Of a stretch of DNA of 64,000 bases, positions 25,751 to 39,479 are shown piece by piece. A program made the translations under genes and the position numbers. The first letter of the stretch is position 1, and every line of letters starts with the position of its first letter. The DNA is from Octopus vulgaris. Lineage: Eukaryota. The stretch is taken from the NCBI GenBank assembly GCA_951406725.2, contig OX597824.1:19964001-20028000 (forward strand). Direction: 5' to 3'. The notes beneath the pieces are model-generated. The model was not told the DNA's origin, searched no databases, and saw only the letters and a program-made list of their open reading frames with translations.

Positions 25751-28439
25751 CTTAGGGAAATATTACCTTACTTGGGACGAGCTAAGGGTTGGCAACAGGA
25801 AGGCCATCCAACTGTAGAAAATTCCCCTCGAAAAATTTCATCCTGTCTATGTAAGCATGGAAAAGTGGTCGTTAAAATGAAGATGCTGACCATCGCACAC
25901 ATGGTCCACGTTTCCAGTATTAATGCATAATGGTACCATTTCTTCAGGTGTTTTCTATTCATTCCCATTGTAACACCTGGGCTTTTTTTGCATCCTTTTA
26001 TCCGGCCATTTGTGCATTAGCATCATATATGCCAAGATGCATTGCTGGTTTGTTATCTTATCCATCCTCCTTGTTCCATCTTTACCAAACATGACAGCAA
26101 TGGTGGCAACAGGATCAAGTCCTGCAGTATCCAAGACTGGTCATCATGCTCGCACCTGACCAATTTACCAAGAACCGTTGAGATAATATGATAGCTATCC
26201 AACGCCATACAGGATTCGTTTGTGTAACCTGCAACTAATTGAAAAGCCCATTCTGCTGGATTGACACCATTTTCACTTCTTTTAGTTAATGGCGACCAGA
26301 AATATTTCAGTTGGGGGACACACAGACAAGTGCAAATTTAATGCTTCAAAGGTGTGCATACGTGTATGTGCACACGCGTGCGTATGTATGTGTGTATGCA
26401 TGCATGCGTGTGAGTGTGTGAACTAGAAACTGTTATATATTTATAGACCGGCAAAAGAAAAATTAAAAATATAATTCCTTTTCGCATTGGAAGTTGAGTA
26501 GAAGAAGAAGATAATGAATTGTTAATGATGTTTAATCATTAACACCAAAAGGGGAAATCATTAGAACTCAACCTAAAATAAGTCATTTGATCTTAAACTT
26601 CTTTTTCTTTTCTTTTTTCTTTTTTTTTTTTTTGGGTTTTGGTTTTTGTTTGTTTGTGTGCATTTTAAAACTGTAAAATTAAAGTTTGCTTACAGCTTAG
26701 TTTGTTCTTAATAATAACGATGTTCATGTTTATATTTTTAAAAAAGATTCTTTTTTTCTATTCGTTTTGCTATTTAGTGTGTGTATGTTTGTGTGTATCT
26801 TGGTGTGGGTGTGGGTAGGGTTTTTTGTATTTTTGGGAGGTTTTTTTGGTTTTCATTTTTTTTTTTTTTTCTCCCTTTCTCTTTCTTTCTGAAAAGGAGA
26901 TTATTCAAAATAAATTAAAATTTGCCAAGCTACATTTTCTTGTATTCCGAGTTCAAAAGAAATAAAACGCACACACGGATTTTCTTTTCCCACCCTTTTT
27001 AAATGGAAGAGTCCATTTTTTTTCCTGTCTATGACAATGGACTGTGCTCATTAGACAAGGCTTTGAAAGCAAGACTGTTATCCTTAGTAGTTACACTAAT
27101 TAATTTATTGAAAGTATGTTCGCTCTAACGCATGTTTGTAAGCTCACATCAAGGCGAAGTTTAAAAATCAGTGTTTCAGTTCTTGGTTGAATTTAATTCA
27201 CTTCATTTATGTGAATGTTCTTCAGAAAAAGATGGCCATTATGTAACTTTATCTGAAAGGAGAAGGCTGCAACTTTGCAGAAATGTTGGCACACCAAGCA
27301 AAATGCTTAGCAGTATTTCTTCCATCTTTATGAGTTCAAATGCTACCAAGGCCTTTCATCCTTTCAAGGCCAACTGAAACTAGTACCTGTAGCAAAATGA
27401 ATGAAAAAAAAATCCACCTCCACCAAAATTTCCAGCCTTGAGCCATTTAGCAGAGAGAATTATTTTATAAGGGACCAAGTCGCTCTTGAGACATTGGTCT
27501 TACCTACACTACTGATGGTTCCCTGTAAAATCCTTAATTGCAACAAATATTTCCATGTTAGTTCTTCAGCTTTGGTTATTACCCATCTGTTTCTAAGGTC
27601 TGTCATTCCCTATCTTAACATTGGGATGACTTGATTTAAGTGCCACTTGTTCATACCATTTTATTGGCAGGAAGAATTATGAGAATGATGTTTGGGTCTG
27701 TTTCTCATTCTTTATCTGCAAACATAGTACTTTTTTTTCTTCTTCTTCCTGTTACTATTAATGTCCAGTTTCTTTCAGCAACCAGGAAATGGCTTCTTTG
27801 TGGAATCAGGAGTTAGTTTGTTGCTAGGGTACACTAAAAGAAACCTCGTGCTGGAGGTAAAAGAAAAAATTTCAAGTTACAGGGTTGCAAATGAGAAACA
27901 AGAAGAAACAACATCATTTCTGTAATTCTCTCACACAGAATAACCAATGAAAACAAAAAAAAGCCAGTGCTGAAATGAAATATCAGTGGTACCCTGGAAA
28001 TGATTGTTCCAAACAAAAGGGAAGGTGTTAATAAGGAAATTAAAGTCCTTAATTATGAAAAGAAAAAATGTTTCAAACATTATCAAGAATTTGTGGTTTA
28101 AAACATTATAAAGACTTTGCATCCACCTGATTTTTGGTTCAGTTCCACTGCATAGCACCCTTGGCAAAATGTCTTTTATATCCCTGGACTAACCAATGTT
28201 TTTTTGGGGGGGGGGAATTCAGTAGGTGGAATCTGTAGAAGTTTGTCTGTTTGTGAGGCCCCTTTTTGCTTCACAACCAATGTTAGTTTGTTTACAGCCC
28301 TGTGACTTGGCGGTTTGGTGAAAGAGATTTATAGGATAAGTGCTGACCTTGAAAATAAGGGCAAGGGGTCAGTGTGAAGTGGCCCCCCGCATGGTCACAG
28401 TCTAATGACTGAAATAAGTAAAAAAAAAAAAGGTTGGTT

Positions 28440-28676
28440 GTCCTTGTTTGTCCCCTCTGTGTTTAGCCCCTTGTGGGTAATAAAGAAATAGGTATTTCGT
28501 CTGCTGCTACGTTCTGAGTTCAAATCTTGCCGAGGTCAACTTTGCCTTTCATCCTTTCGGGGTCGATAAATTAAGTACCAGTTATACACTGGGGTCGATG
28601 TAATCGACTTAGTACCTATGTCTGTCCTTGTTTGTCCCCTCTGTGTTTAGCCCCTTGTGGGTAGTAAAGAAATAGG
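28440..28676 (+). mobile_element. SINE family B, head-to-tail partial tandem
   Basis: The 3' segment GTCCTTGTTTGTCCCCTCTGTGTTTAGCCCCTTGTGGG..AAAGAAATAGGTATT occurs twice. Confidence 0.85.
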
Positions 28677-30870
28677 TATTACATCCAGTGACAGACTAGT
28701 TTATCTTGGCTGATGTCATCACTGTACTTGCTGTGTTGTCAGCTGGGTCGTGATGACATCTGCTATGCTGTGACCGTTATTTTAGGTATTACTGGTACTG
28801 AGATTAGTTATGCTCCATCTACTAGTCATATTGATACGGTATTAAGCTTTGAAGATATTGATTGCGAAGAAATAGAAAAGAAACTGGCATTCGTTGCCAA
28901 GCCTAATAGTCTTGTCACTTCGTTTATTTATATATATATATGTGTGTATATTACACACACATATATATATATATACATACACCTACATATTTTATCCATT
29001 TTCTTCATTTTCTCATTCATATATATATATACACACACATATATACATAATAAAATTTTGAATCTTTCATTGCCGCCTTGCTCCATGTCATATATCCGAC
29101 AGCTCTGATAGTCAATAGATTCATGATGTATTTCTTCTATATCATGGATTTATTTGTATTATATTATATTATATTATATTATATTGTATTATATTATATT
29201 ACGGATTTCAGTTCTGCAAGAATGCCAGGAATCGTTGTCATCATCGCCATCATTGTCATTATGAAGTGGATCATTGTTCTTGGATTTTTTTTGGTGGGGT
29301 TTTCTACATCTTAATTCTTCTTCCTTTAAAAAAATTTTTTTTTATCTATTGCTGAATTTACTTTAAACTTTCTCTATGAGATTCGCAAAAGCTGGTCTAA
29401 GAAATAAAGAAAGAAAGAAAGAAGGGAAAAACTAAAAGCCACAAATGATAAAAATGGAATCGGATTCCTTCCTTGTCTTGATAGTCTTAGCAAGACTTCT
29501 TCCATTAGAGCATGAATATTGTTTCCATGTCTTTGGGTTTATCAGGATCATGTCTGTTGACAACTGCAGTTTCTTGTTATTTTTTCTTATCTATTTGTGT
29601 CATAACTGATTTTCATTGTTCCTCCTGGTATTAATCCTCTTGCAACGGTTCCGCTCCTTCCTTCTCCACAACGTCTTTAAATCTTATATAATATTATAAT
29701 ACATGTATAAGCACATCCACATATATATACATATATATATATATATACATACACATATATATATATATTTATATTTATATATACATATATATATATATTT
29801 ATATGTAAGGAAAGGTATGTATACACATATCTATATATGTATATGAGACAGGCAATTCGGTTTCTATGAATGCCCGGAATCATTGTCATCATTGCCGTTG
29901 TCGGTATAATTCTTCAAACTCGGCTTTCATCTCTTCGGTTCTTTAAACGAGTTGGAAATTGCTCTCTAATGACAACGGCTTGTCTTCTCTGATAGGTATT
30001 GGTTTAAGTAGTAGTAGTAGCAGCAGTAGTAGTCGTAGCAGTAGCAGCAGTGTTGGTGTTTGGCAGTGATGTTGGCGGTGGTGCCTGTGGTTGTGGTGCA
30101 AGGAAAGGAATAGAATGTTATTCTACATACAGTTAAGCCAAGATTGGATATAATTCTAATGGCTTTCATAATTTTTATTGCCCATTCCCTCTTGTCGATA
30201 TGTGTTTTATTAGGAGAGTCTGTTTGGGCAATAGAAAAAAAAAACATGAGCTGCATTTGACAGAAATTTTCTTTTTTTTTTCTTTTGTTTTTGTTTTTTT
30301 GGTATTTTTTTATTTGTTTTTCTTTTGTTTTTAGTTATTTTTTTGTTTTTATCAAGAGCTAAAGCATATTTCGCTACGATGTAACTACTGTTTTTTTTTG
30401 TTAACTATTTATTTATATATTATAGTTTGGTATCTTTATATTGAACAAGTAGGATATGCTGTAATGGTCTTTTGTTGTTCTATAGGTTTATAATACTGAC
30501 GATGACAATAATAATAATGATAATAATGATGATGATGATGATGATAAAACGAATACAACTCTCTTTTATTTTTTTTTATTTTTTTGTGCGTGTTTATGGA
30601 TTTAGTCTGTTTCCCCATGTTTCAAGGACTTGAAATGGCCTGTAAATTCCTCGGAAGAATCAGAAATAACAATGGTTATGTTGGTGGTTGTGATGGTGCT
30701 AGTTTTGGTGGTGGTGGTGGTGGTGGTGGTGGTTGCAATAGTCAGTCTCTTAAAATATACCCATCAGTAATTTTGGTTACAGCTTTCTACTTTGAGTTCA
30801 AAATGTGTGTGTGTGTGTGTGTATGGATATGTGTGTTAGATAGATTGATTTATAGATACATCTAAAAAAG

Positions 30871-31189
30871 ACTCCGCCGGTTACGACGACGAGGGTCCCA
30901 GCTGATACGATCAACGGAACAGCTTGCTCGTGAAATTAACATGCAAATGGCTGAGCATTCCACAGACACGTGTACCCTTAACGTAGTTCTCGGGGATAAT
31001 CAGCGTGACACAGAGAGTGACAAGGCTGACCCTTTGAAATACAAGTACAACTCATTTTTGCCAGCTGAGTGGACTGGAGCAACGTGAAATAAAGTGTCTT
31101 GCTCAAGGACACAACGCGTCGCCGGAAATCGAACTCACAACCTTACAATCATGAGCCGAATGCCCTAACCACTAAGCCACGTGCCCTCA
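30871..31189 (-). mobile_element. SINE family D variant (tRNA head plus CORE-like GTGTCCTTGAGCAAGACACTT) with 13-bp TSD
   Basis: TSD TTTATAGATACAT at 30849-30861 and 31191-31203. The 3' half is shared with the 10161 and 40904 copies. Confidence 0.88.
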
Positions 31190-31314
31190 CTTTATAGATA
31201 CATACATACATACACACACCCATACATATGAGCACTTTAATTTCTTCATTTCATATTTGCTTCTCTGTGCTGTTGAGATAGATGCTTATTTGAGGCAGTA
31301 TTTTATAACTTGGA

Positions 31315-31592
31315 TGGCCTTACTGGCACCTGTGCCAGTGGCATGTGTAAAAAGATTCGAGCGAGGTCGTTGCCAGCACCGCCTGACTGGCTCCCCATGC
31401 CGGTGGCACGTAAAAAGCACCCACTACATTCTCGGAGTGGTTGGCGTTAGGAAGGGCATCCAGCTGTAGAAACTCTGCCAGATCAAGATTGGGGCCTGGT
31501 GCAGCCATCTGGTTCGCCAGTCCTCAGTCAAAATGGTCTAACCCATACTAGCATGGAAAGCAGATGTTAAACAATGATGATGATGATGATGA
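31315..31592 (+). mobile_element. SINE family C
   Basis: Ends in ...CATGGAAAGCAGATGTTAAACA(ATG)n. Confidence 0.85.
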
Positions 31593-32056
31593 TGGTGCTC
31601 TTCCTGTTGCCAAACCTTAACTGGTTTTCAAATAAGGGATTTTTTTTCTTTAAATCCTCTGAACATTGAAACTGGAGAACTTGAGGATGCGATGTTCACC
31701 AGCAATCTAAACAAGCCAGCATTATGTTTCAGCTCAGGCAATCTTCATGCAGGACTGTGGAAATGATGTTGTGTGTACATGCACATACACACATCCACCC
31801 ACTGAATGGGCTTCCTTACAGTTTCCATTTACCGATTCCACTCACAATGCATTTATGTTAGAAGGTAATTATCTAACATACAGTACAGTTATACTGGATT
31901 TGAGACCTCTTAACTACACACACACACACACACACACACTTGTATACAAACCACATGTACATACACACACACACAGTATATACCCACTGCCTCTCTACAA
32001 ACCACACTTAATATATATACATACAAATCTTCACTACACATCACACACACACACAC

Positions 32057-32107
<51 letters not shown>

Positions 32108-32339
32108 TAGGAGTGATGTGTCTATATATATGTATACACGAACATTTTCACTATAAATTGTGCATAATATATGCATACACATCCTGAATATATACCACAC
32201 AACATACACTCACTACACACTACATATCACATGTATACACTTTCTCACCAAACACCATAAAGTATATCTTCACTCATTGCTCTATTACATTCTGTATAAG
32301 ACACCATTGCATATATTGAGTAACACACACACACACATG

Positions 32340-32508
32340 TACACTTTCTCTCACTTTGTGTAATCCCAGATCAGATTATGTCCTAATATGTGATGGGTCA
32401 GTTATTGACGATTGTTCAATTAGCTCCTTCCATGCCAGGATTAGTTTAGGGGTCATTCTATCAATAAAATGTCTGCAGATATTTCCACATTACAAAAGCA
32501 CCGAGTCT

Positions 32509-32543
<35 letters not shown>

Positions 32544-33720
32544 AAGAGAAAAAGAAGTAAAAGAGAAAAAAAACAGTACAAATAAATAATAAAAAGTAGA
32601 TAAAAAGATATAAAATTGCGATAAAGCCAAATGAGGAATTATGAAAGTAATATCATTATGTCATATAGTTACTGTGATTCCATAAGTTAACAGCGGGGAG
32701 AAAATGGATAAAGCTATGATAAAGTGCAAAATAACTAAATCACCGTTTAGGTCATCTTTTCATCCCAGTGGCTCACTCCTGCCCTGTTTTCTGCCGCCAA
32801 CACCACCTCCACCTCCACCACTTCCACCGCTGCTGCTGCGGCCATTGCTTTCACGTATCATTAACCTCACATTTCAACCTTCCAGCCTCATCTTTGCTGT
32901 CTTGTTCTGTCATTCTGTTTACCATGTCTGATGGCTACTTGTTAGAGAAAGCTGCTTCTAATTCTCTGCCACTCAAGAAGATTTTCCAGCGTGTCCATTT
33001 GATAAAAAGCACCGCGACCGACCGACCGACAGTGGCGGTGAGGCATTTACTGATAATCTCTCCGCCACGTAACGAAATAAGTATCGTGACTTGATTCTTC
33101 GTAAACAGTTAATTAGATAGTCACAGCAACAATTGCAGAGGTCCATTGACCTGCCTGTCATCACGATAACTCTGTAATCAATGTCAAAACTGCTTGCTTC
33201 GGCATTGATCTTACAAGTTCTTTTTTTTTTTTTTTTTTGGTATATATATTTTTCCTTCTTCGTGACGACAGGCTACTCATCTTTTATCATGGCAACGGAC
33301 AAAATCTAATGCACCACCCCACCCCACCCCACCCCTTTTCCGCCGATCTGAACAGATTCAGTTCCAGCAACATTTTTGTGACATCTGAAAATTGACAGAT
33401 AACATTCATATCTGTGTAAAACGTTCTGATTTGACAAGCTCTTATCGGACTAACTGGTCAGCGACTACATTTATCAGTGATGCTGATAAATATGTATAGG
33501 AAAGGGATGCCATCTTCTGAGCTGCCGATGCAGGCCTTCAGTGCTGCAGCTGATAGGAGAATTGAGGCTGACCTTCAAAGCAAGCGTGTTTTAAAACAAA
33601 CATGTTTATGTCAAATGGAAGGATACTGATTTTGATAAAATCAGATTGTGGACATTCTACAAAATTAACAGAGATGTTAATTAATTTAGAAGCACGACTG
33701 TAAATGAGGAATGAAGGTAT
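32340..33720. promoter_or_regulatory. Unique, TE-free intronic block; candidate enhancer or conserved non-coding element
   Basis: About 1.4 kb without recognisable SINEs, with retained CpGs, more than 10 GATAA/TTATC sites, and E-box and TAAT motifs. Function is inferred. Confidence 0.4.
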
Positions 33721-34186
33721 ATTTGCTTAACCATTTAACATTTAAAACAGCCATATCCAGCCCAAATATTTTACCTGATGATAAATGATGAGGATGATAA
33801 TAATGATAGTGTATTTCAACTGGAATATAGTAACAAATGAATTAATCAAGCCAACTTTCAAAGTGCCTTAAATATTATCAAATAATTAATTTGACTCTTA
33901 ACACCATCTCTTCCCCCCCCCCCATCTTTATGCACCTGTGCTTTTAACAGCCATTATGTGAATTCTTCAGTATAATTTGAAGGTTAATCTATGTACTAAT
34001 GTCCACCAGTTTTGTTACTTTGACAATTGTTCCGTTGGTGACTATTGAATCTTATATTCTTACCTGTAATATTTAGTTGGCTTTCATTTAACTCCAGTTA
34101 GGTTTTTCAGAGAAAAATATCAAGAATTTATTGATGTCTACAAATGACAGGTGTCAGCTGTCATTTCCTACTAACCAATAATATAT

Positions 34187-34418
34187 ATTTCTTTACTGCC
34201 CACAAGGGGCTAAACATAGAGGGGACAAACAAGGACAGACAAAGGGATGAAGTCGATTATATCGAACCCAGTGCGAAACTGGTACTTAATTTATCGACCC
34301 CGAAAGGATTAAAGGCAAAGTCGACCTCGGCGGAATTTGAACTCAGAACGTAACGACAGATGAAATACTGCTAAGCGTTTCGCCCGGTGCACTAACGTGT
34401 CTGCCAGCTCGCCGCCTT
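34187..34418 (-). mobile_element. SINE family B, full length with TSD
   Basis: Flanked by TACTAACCA(A/G)TAATATAT on both sides. Confidence 0.9.
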
Positions 34419-35124
34419 ACTAACCAGTAATATATTCCAAATAAAAGTAACACTTGTGTACCTCACAGGTGATGCTATAATTAGCATAGTTACATTGTTG
34501 GTGTTAGCAAGGGCATCCATCTGTAGAAACCATGCCACACAAACACTGGAGCGCAGTGCAGTCTTTTGGCATGTTGGACCCTAGAACCATCCATCCCATG
34601 CCATAATGGAATGGTAGAACTAATATTTGTTGTTTGTACCTGAAAGATTGATCCTGAAAATTATCAGCTGCGAGTCATTATTTATATCTTTGACACTCAC
34701 CAAAATTCTTTCCCCTGTACGAAAAGGTAACCCCTCCCCCCCCTCTCTCTCTCTCTCCAACTAAAGTTTGGCCTTATCTATTTGGACAGATAATTTATCA
34801 TTCCTTTCTATCATCTCTGGGAATATTCCAGTTCTTTTAAGTTCTTAGACCTAAGATTCACCTGTATACATTCTCCATGGAAATCTCTAGAACTATTTTG
34901 GTAAATGCTTATTTAGCATTAATCTTCTGGCCACACACACACACAGATGTTTTCTTTTCTTCCTACCCCATTTTCCTCTCCTTCTCTCTCTCTTTCTCTC
35001 TCTCTCTCTCCCCTTCTCCATCAACTGACACACTTTGTTCTCCCAACTGTGAAGTATATCTCTTATACACATCTAGTTCTTGAATAGAATTGGTAAAACA
35101 TTTAGCCAAGAAACCCATCTGAGT

Positions 35125-35660
35125 TTATTCTTTTACTTGTTTCAGTTATTTGACTGTGGCCATGCTGGAGCTCCACCTTTAGCCAAACAAATCAACCCCA
35201 GAACTTTATATATGTATACATACAACGGGTTTCTTTCAGTTTCCGTCAACCAATTCCACTCACAAGGCTTTGATCAGGTCGGCCCGAGGCTATAGAACGT
35301 ACTCACCCAAAGTGCCACGCAGTGGGTCTGAACCCAGAATTATGTGGTTGGGAAGCAAGCTTCTTACCACACAGCCATTCCTCTGCCTGTAATTTTATTT
35401 TGATTTAGAACCTACTGCTCAGTTCAGGTCAACTAAACTTGGAGAATATCTGATGGCAAGAACCACAGTTCTTCAACTAAACTTGTGCGTAAAGAAGTTT
35501 ACTTGATGATAACCACATGGTTCCAGGTTCAATCCCACTGCATGGCAAGAAGTCTACTTCCCACTGCATGACACCTTGGGCAAGTGTCTTCTGCTGTAGC
35601 ATTTGGACAACCATAGCCTTGTGAGTGGATTTGCAAGACAGAAACTGAAAGAAGCCCTGT
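35125..35660. mobile_element. Two SINE A copies in opposite orientation (minus 35125-35388, plus about 35490-35660)
   Basis: Homology to family A. Confidence 0.8.
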
Positions 35661-35733
35661 ACCCATATACGCATGTATATATACATATAATTATATATTA
35701 TTTATAATATGTATATATACATATAATTATATA

Positions 35734-35791
<58 letters not shown>

Positions 35792-35819
35792 AAATGTGTG
35801 AGATCCTTGGCACAGTTAG

Positions 35820-36476
35820 GTACATTTGAAAAATGGAAAAGAATGGTGGTTCTAATCAGTTTAATTTATTATTTTTTTTTCATTTTTTTATAATATAAAT
35901 TTTACACTTTGGTTCATAGATCTAGCAACTTCTTTGTTAACTTGGGTGGGGTGATTTTTTTTTTTTAAATGCCTTGTTAACTTTTCTGGAGAACTTTGTA
36001 GCATTCCTTGTCAAATAGATCTGAGGACTTGGGGCTTTGTGATTCCATATATGGGATTTGGGTGTGTTTGGGGTAGGGGTTGGAGTTGGTTAATCAGTAT
36101 GGGAGTGAAAGTGTTGATGAAAGAGCTGAAAGAAAATGAGGAATGGTCAAAAGGAGATACTTGACTGGGGGTGGAGTTGGGAGGTGGTCTGGTGTTAAAG
36201 GAGTGTTCTATGAACCATTTGAACAGTTGACCTTTGCTGAGAAATATAATGGCCAAATATTTTTTTTTCCAAATTCTTTCTGTTAGTAATTATCTGTTTT
36301 AGGTGTGTGTCTAGTGTGGTGCTAATGAAGTGTAAGATACATGTCTTTTGATAAAAATGTTTGTGAATAGAAATGTTTTTTTTTTATATATATTGGTTCA
36401 GGAAGGGAGGTGGGGGAAATCATGCTGGCTCCAATATTTACTTCCCTACATATAATAAACAAAAAGTATATATACA

Positions 36477-36536
<60 letters not shown>

Positions 36537-36549
36537 TCTATCTACACAC

Positions 36550-36597
<48 letters not shown>

Positions 36598-37250
36598 CTA
36601 TTTGTATGATGACAATGATAATAGATCCAGACAAATTTTTGAAAAATAACTTTTATCAAAACAAGACTCTCCTTAGAGTAGCCACCTGGTTTTGCCATTT
36701 TTAAAGGTCAATAATCAATTCATCACTTTCTATTGAAAGGACTGACCAGCTGTATAGATGTAAACAATTTTTTTCTTCTTTCCCTTTTCCATTGGCACTC
36801 TTTTCAGATACACAGGCACACACACACTCGCTCACTTTCTCCCCATTCCTCACCCTCTTTTACTATCCTATATCTCTCTCTCCACCCCTACACACTCAAT
36901 ACTATAAAAAGAGAGGAATCCCCTCAAAAATATCAAATTTGAAGAATCTACTAGAGTAGATGCAAGCGCTAATATATGATTTATAAAAACATGTGACATA
37001 TTAATAAAAATCTGTAAATGTACAACCATCCAGATCTCTAAGTACCTTATTTTTTCTAACACATATACATACATACAACGAAAGTTCTCAAGAAAAGTTA
37101 AAGAACTTTTTTTAAATCTCCCCACCCAAGTTAACAAAGAACTTACTAGATCTACAAATTAATGTAAAATTTATATTATCAAACAGTTAAAATGTAATAA
37201 ATTAAACTGATTAGAACTACCAGCAAAGCCATTCTTTTTCTTTTTTCAAA
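35820..37250. mobile_element. Penelope-like retroelement relic with inverted arrangement
   Basis: 35825-36000 is the diverged reverse complement of 37080-37250. The minus strand near 36300-36345 reads roughly YLHFIS-HTRHT across frameshifts, resembling the PLE reverse-transcriptase YLHxxSxHP motif. Hammerhead-like motif at 36939-36971. Confidence 0.5.
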
Positions 37251-37272
37251 TATATATATACATACATATTTA

Positions 37273-37640
37273 TCATCATCATTTAACGTCCGTTTTCCAT
37301 GCTAGCATGGGTTGGACGGTTCGACCGGGGTCTGGGAAGCCAAGAGGCTGCACCAGGCTCTAGTCTTATCTGGCAGTGTTTCTACAGCTGGATGCCCTTC
37401 CTTACGCTAACCACTCCATGAGTGTAGTGGGTGTTCTTTACGTGCCTCCGACACAGGGACCAGAGGGGCTGGCAAACGGCCACAATCGGCTGGTGCTTTT
37501 ACGTGTCACCGGCACGGGGGCCAGTCAGGTGGCACTGGCATCTGCCACATTCGGACGGTGCTTTTTACGTGTCACTGGCACAGGTATCTTAACTACAATT
37601 TCCATTTGATTTTTATTTTGATGTTGGTGTTGACGTACTT
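37273..37640 (-). mobile_element. SINE family C
   Basis: Homology to other C copies. Confidence 0.85.
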
Positions 37641-37661
37641 GACTCAATAGGTCTCTTCAAG

Positions 37662-37698
<37 letters not shown>

Positions 37699-38044
37699 TG
37701 TGTGTGTGTGTGTTTATGTCCCTGTAATTAAGTGGTTCATCAAAAAAGACCGACAAAATAATTATCAAGCCTAAAAAGAAACAAGTTCTTGGGTTGATTC
37801 ATTCAACTAAAATTCTTCAAAGCAGTTCTATAGTATGGCTGCAGTCCAATGACTGAAACCAGTAAAGATATAGAATTGTTGAGTCCAAATGGTTGCAGAC
37901 GAGTGACCACTGGTTCATTGCTTTATTGTTTTTGTTGTTGTTTCGTGCCAAGTTTAACCCCCACCATTATGTTCCCCATATGTCCAGTAATTTGGTCTTA
38001 CCATATTTTTAATTTTTTTTTTTTTTTTTTTTTTTTTCTTGCAG

Positions 38045-38455
38045 TGGAACAAGAAAATGACCTCCTTGTGTGCGGAGACTGCCAGACGAACTTCCCGCTG
38101 CGGGACATACAAAAATTCATCAAACACAAAGTCCATCGCTGTAACAAGGAAAACATAAGTGTTCTGGACTCTGAAGCTGAATATGATGATGATGATGATT
38201 CTGGGACCGAGGCCATATCACAGATTGGCTCGAAGCAGCCCAGCATCTCGGCGCCGATCGCGCGCAAAGAGGCGCTGGATACGAAACACTCGCCTCGCTC
38301 GTCCGAACCGATGAAAGAACTGAACCGAACACTGGAGAGCGGTCATTCTAATAAACGCAAAGAAGAGGACAATGGAAGCCAAGATCTACGAATTAGTTTG
38401 CCTTTAAAACCAACAAAACAAGTGGCCGATGCAGAATCTAATACGACACATTCAG
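38045..38455 (+). CDS. BCL11: Internal coding exon of a BCL11A/BCL11B (CTIP1/2)-family zinc-finger transcription factor, containing the N-terminal C2HC finger (ZnF0)
   Basis: Translation (x)EQENDLLVCGDCQTNFPLRDIQKFIKHKVHRCNKEN...VADAESNTTHS closely matches the BCL11A motif [28 protein letters not shown]. Acceptor is poly-T plus TTGCAG ending at 38044, and the donor is G|GTCAGT at 38456. The exon is 411 nt, phase 1 at both ends, and is a GC-richer island in AT-rich flanks. Confidence 0.92.
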
Positions 38456-38582
38456 GTCAGTAATCAATCATTTTGTTGTTGTTGTTGTTGTTGTTTAGCC
38501 CCGGGCAGCTATACTCAAAGATTGCCCTAGCTATGGCCGTGCATCGTATCTTTCATTTCAGATCTATCGTATTTAACTGTAA

Positions 38583-39330
38583 GGGCAGGCATGGCTGTGT
38601 GGTAAGAAGCTTGCTTCCCAACCACATGGTTCCAGGTTCAGTCCCACGGTGTGGCACCTTGGGCAAGCGTCTTTTTCTATATAGCCCCCAGCTTAGCCAG
38701 AGCTTTGTGAGTGGATTTCATCATCATCGTCATCGTTTAACGTCCGCTTTCCATGCTAGCATGGGCTTGACAAATGACTGAGGGCTGGCGAACCAGATGG
38801 CTGCACCAGGCTTCAATCTTGATCTGGGAGAGTTTCTACAGCTCTTCCTAACGCCAACCACTCCGAGAGTGTAGTGGGTGCTTTTATGTGCCACCAGCAT
38901 GGGGGCCAGTCAGGCAGTACTGGCAACGACCTCGAATCTTTTACACATGCCACCGGCACAGGTGCCAGTAAGGTGATGCTGGTAACGATCACGCTCGAAT
39001 GGTGGCTTTTACATGCCACCGGCATAGAGGCCAGATAGCCACTCTGGCAACGATCACGCTCGGATGGTGCTTTTGGTAAATGGAAACTGAAAGAAGCCTT
39101 TCGTGTGTTTGTTTGTCTATGTGTATGAGTTTATCCCCTGCCACCGCTTAACTGGTGTTGGTTTGTTTATGTCCCAGTAACTTTACAGTTTGTCAAGAGT
39201 GACCGCTACAATATGTACCAGACTTAATGAAAGAATATTAACACTGGAGTCACTTGTTCAATGAAACCTTTCAAGGCAGTGCCCCAGCATGGCCACAGTC
39301 CTATGACTGACAAGAGTAAAAGGATAAAAA
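38583..39330 (+). mobile_element. SINE A interrupted by a nested minus-strand SINE C (38719-39072)
   Basis: Family A consensus GTGAGTGGATTT|GGTAGACGGAAACTG is split exactly at the TTT by the C copy. Confidence 0.85.
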
Positions 39331-39479
39331 GAGAAGATAACCCTTTTGATACCAGAATGCCTGAGACTATCCTTGGATCAATGATACAACCCAGGGACTT
39401 AAATGATGACCACCCATCAGTTTTTCATATTAATTTGGGTCTCAGACACCAGTTTGATATTGCTATGGTTATTTTTTTT

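Noticed and set aside
25890-26280. RTE-type LINE reverse-transcriptase fragment (ETWT motif on the minus strand)
   Set aside because: Only a 4-residue motif in heavily degraded sequence, too weak to call without a search.
37849-38044. N-terminal 65 aa of the 204-aa ORF as coding sequence
   Set aside because: Derived from a SINE A tail and the poly-T acceptor tract (poly-Phe). Homology starts only after the AG at 38044.
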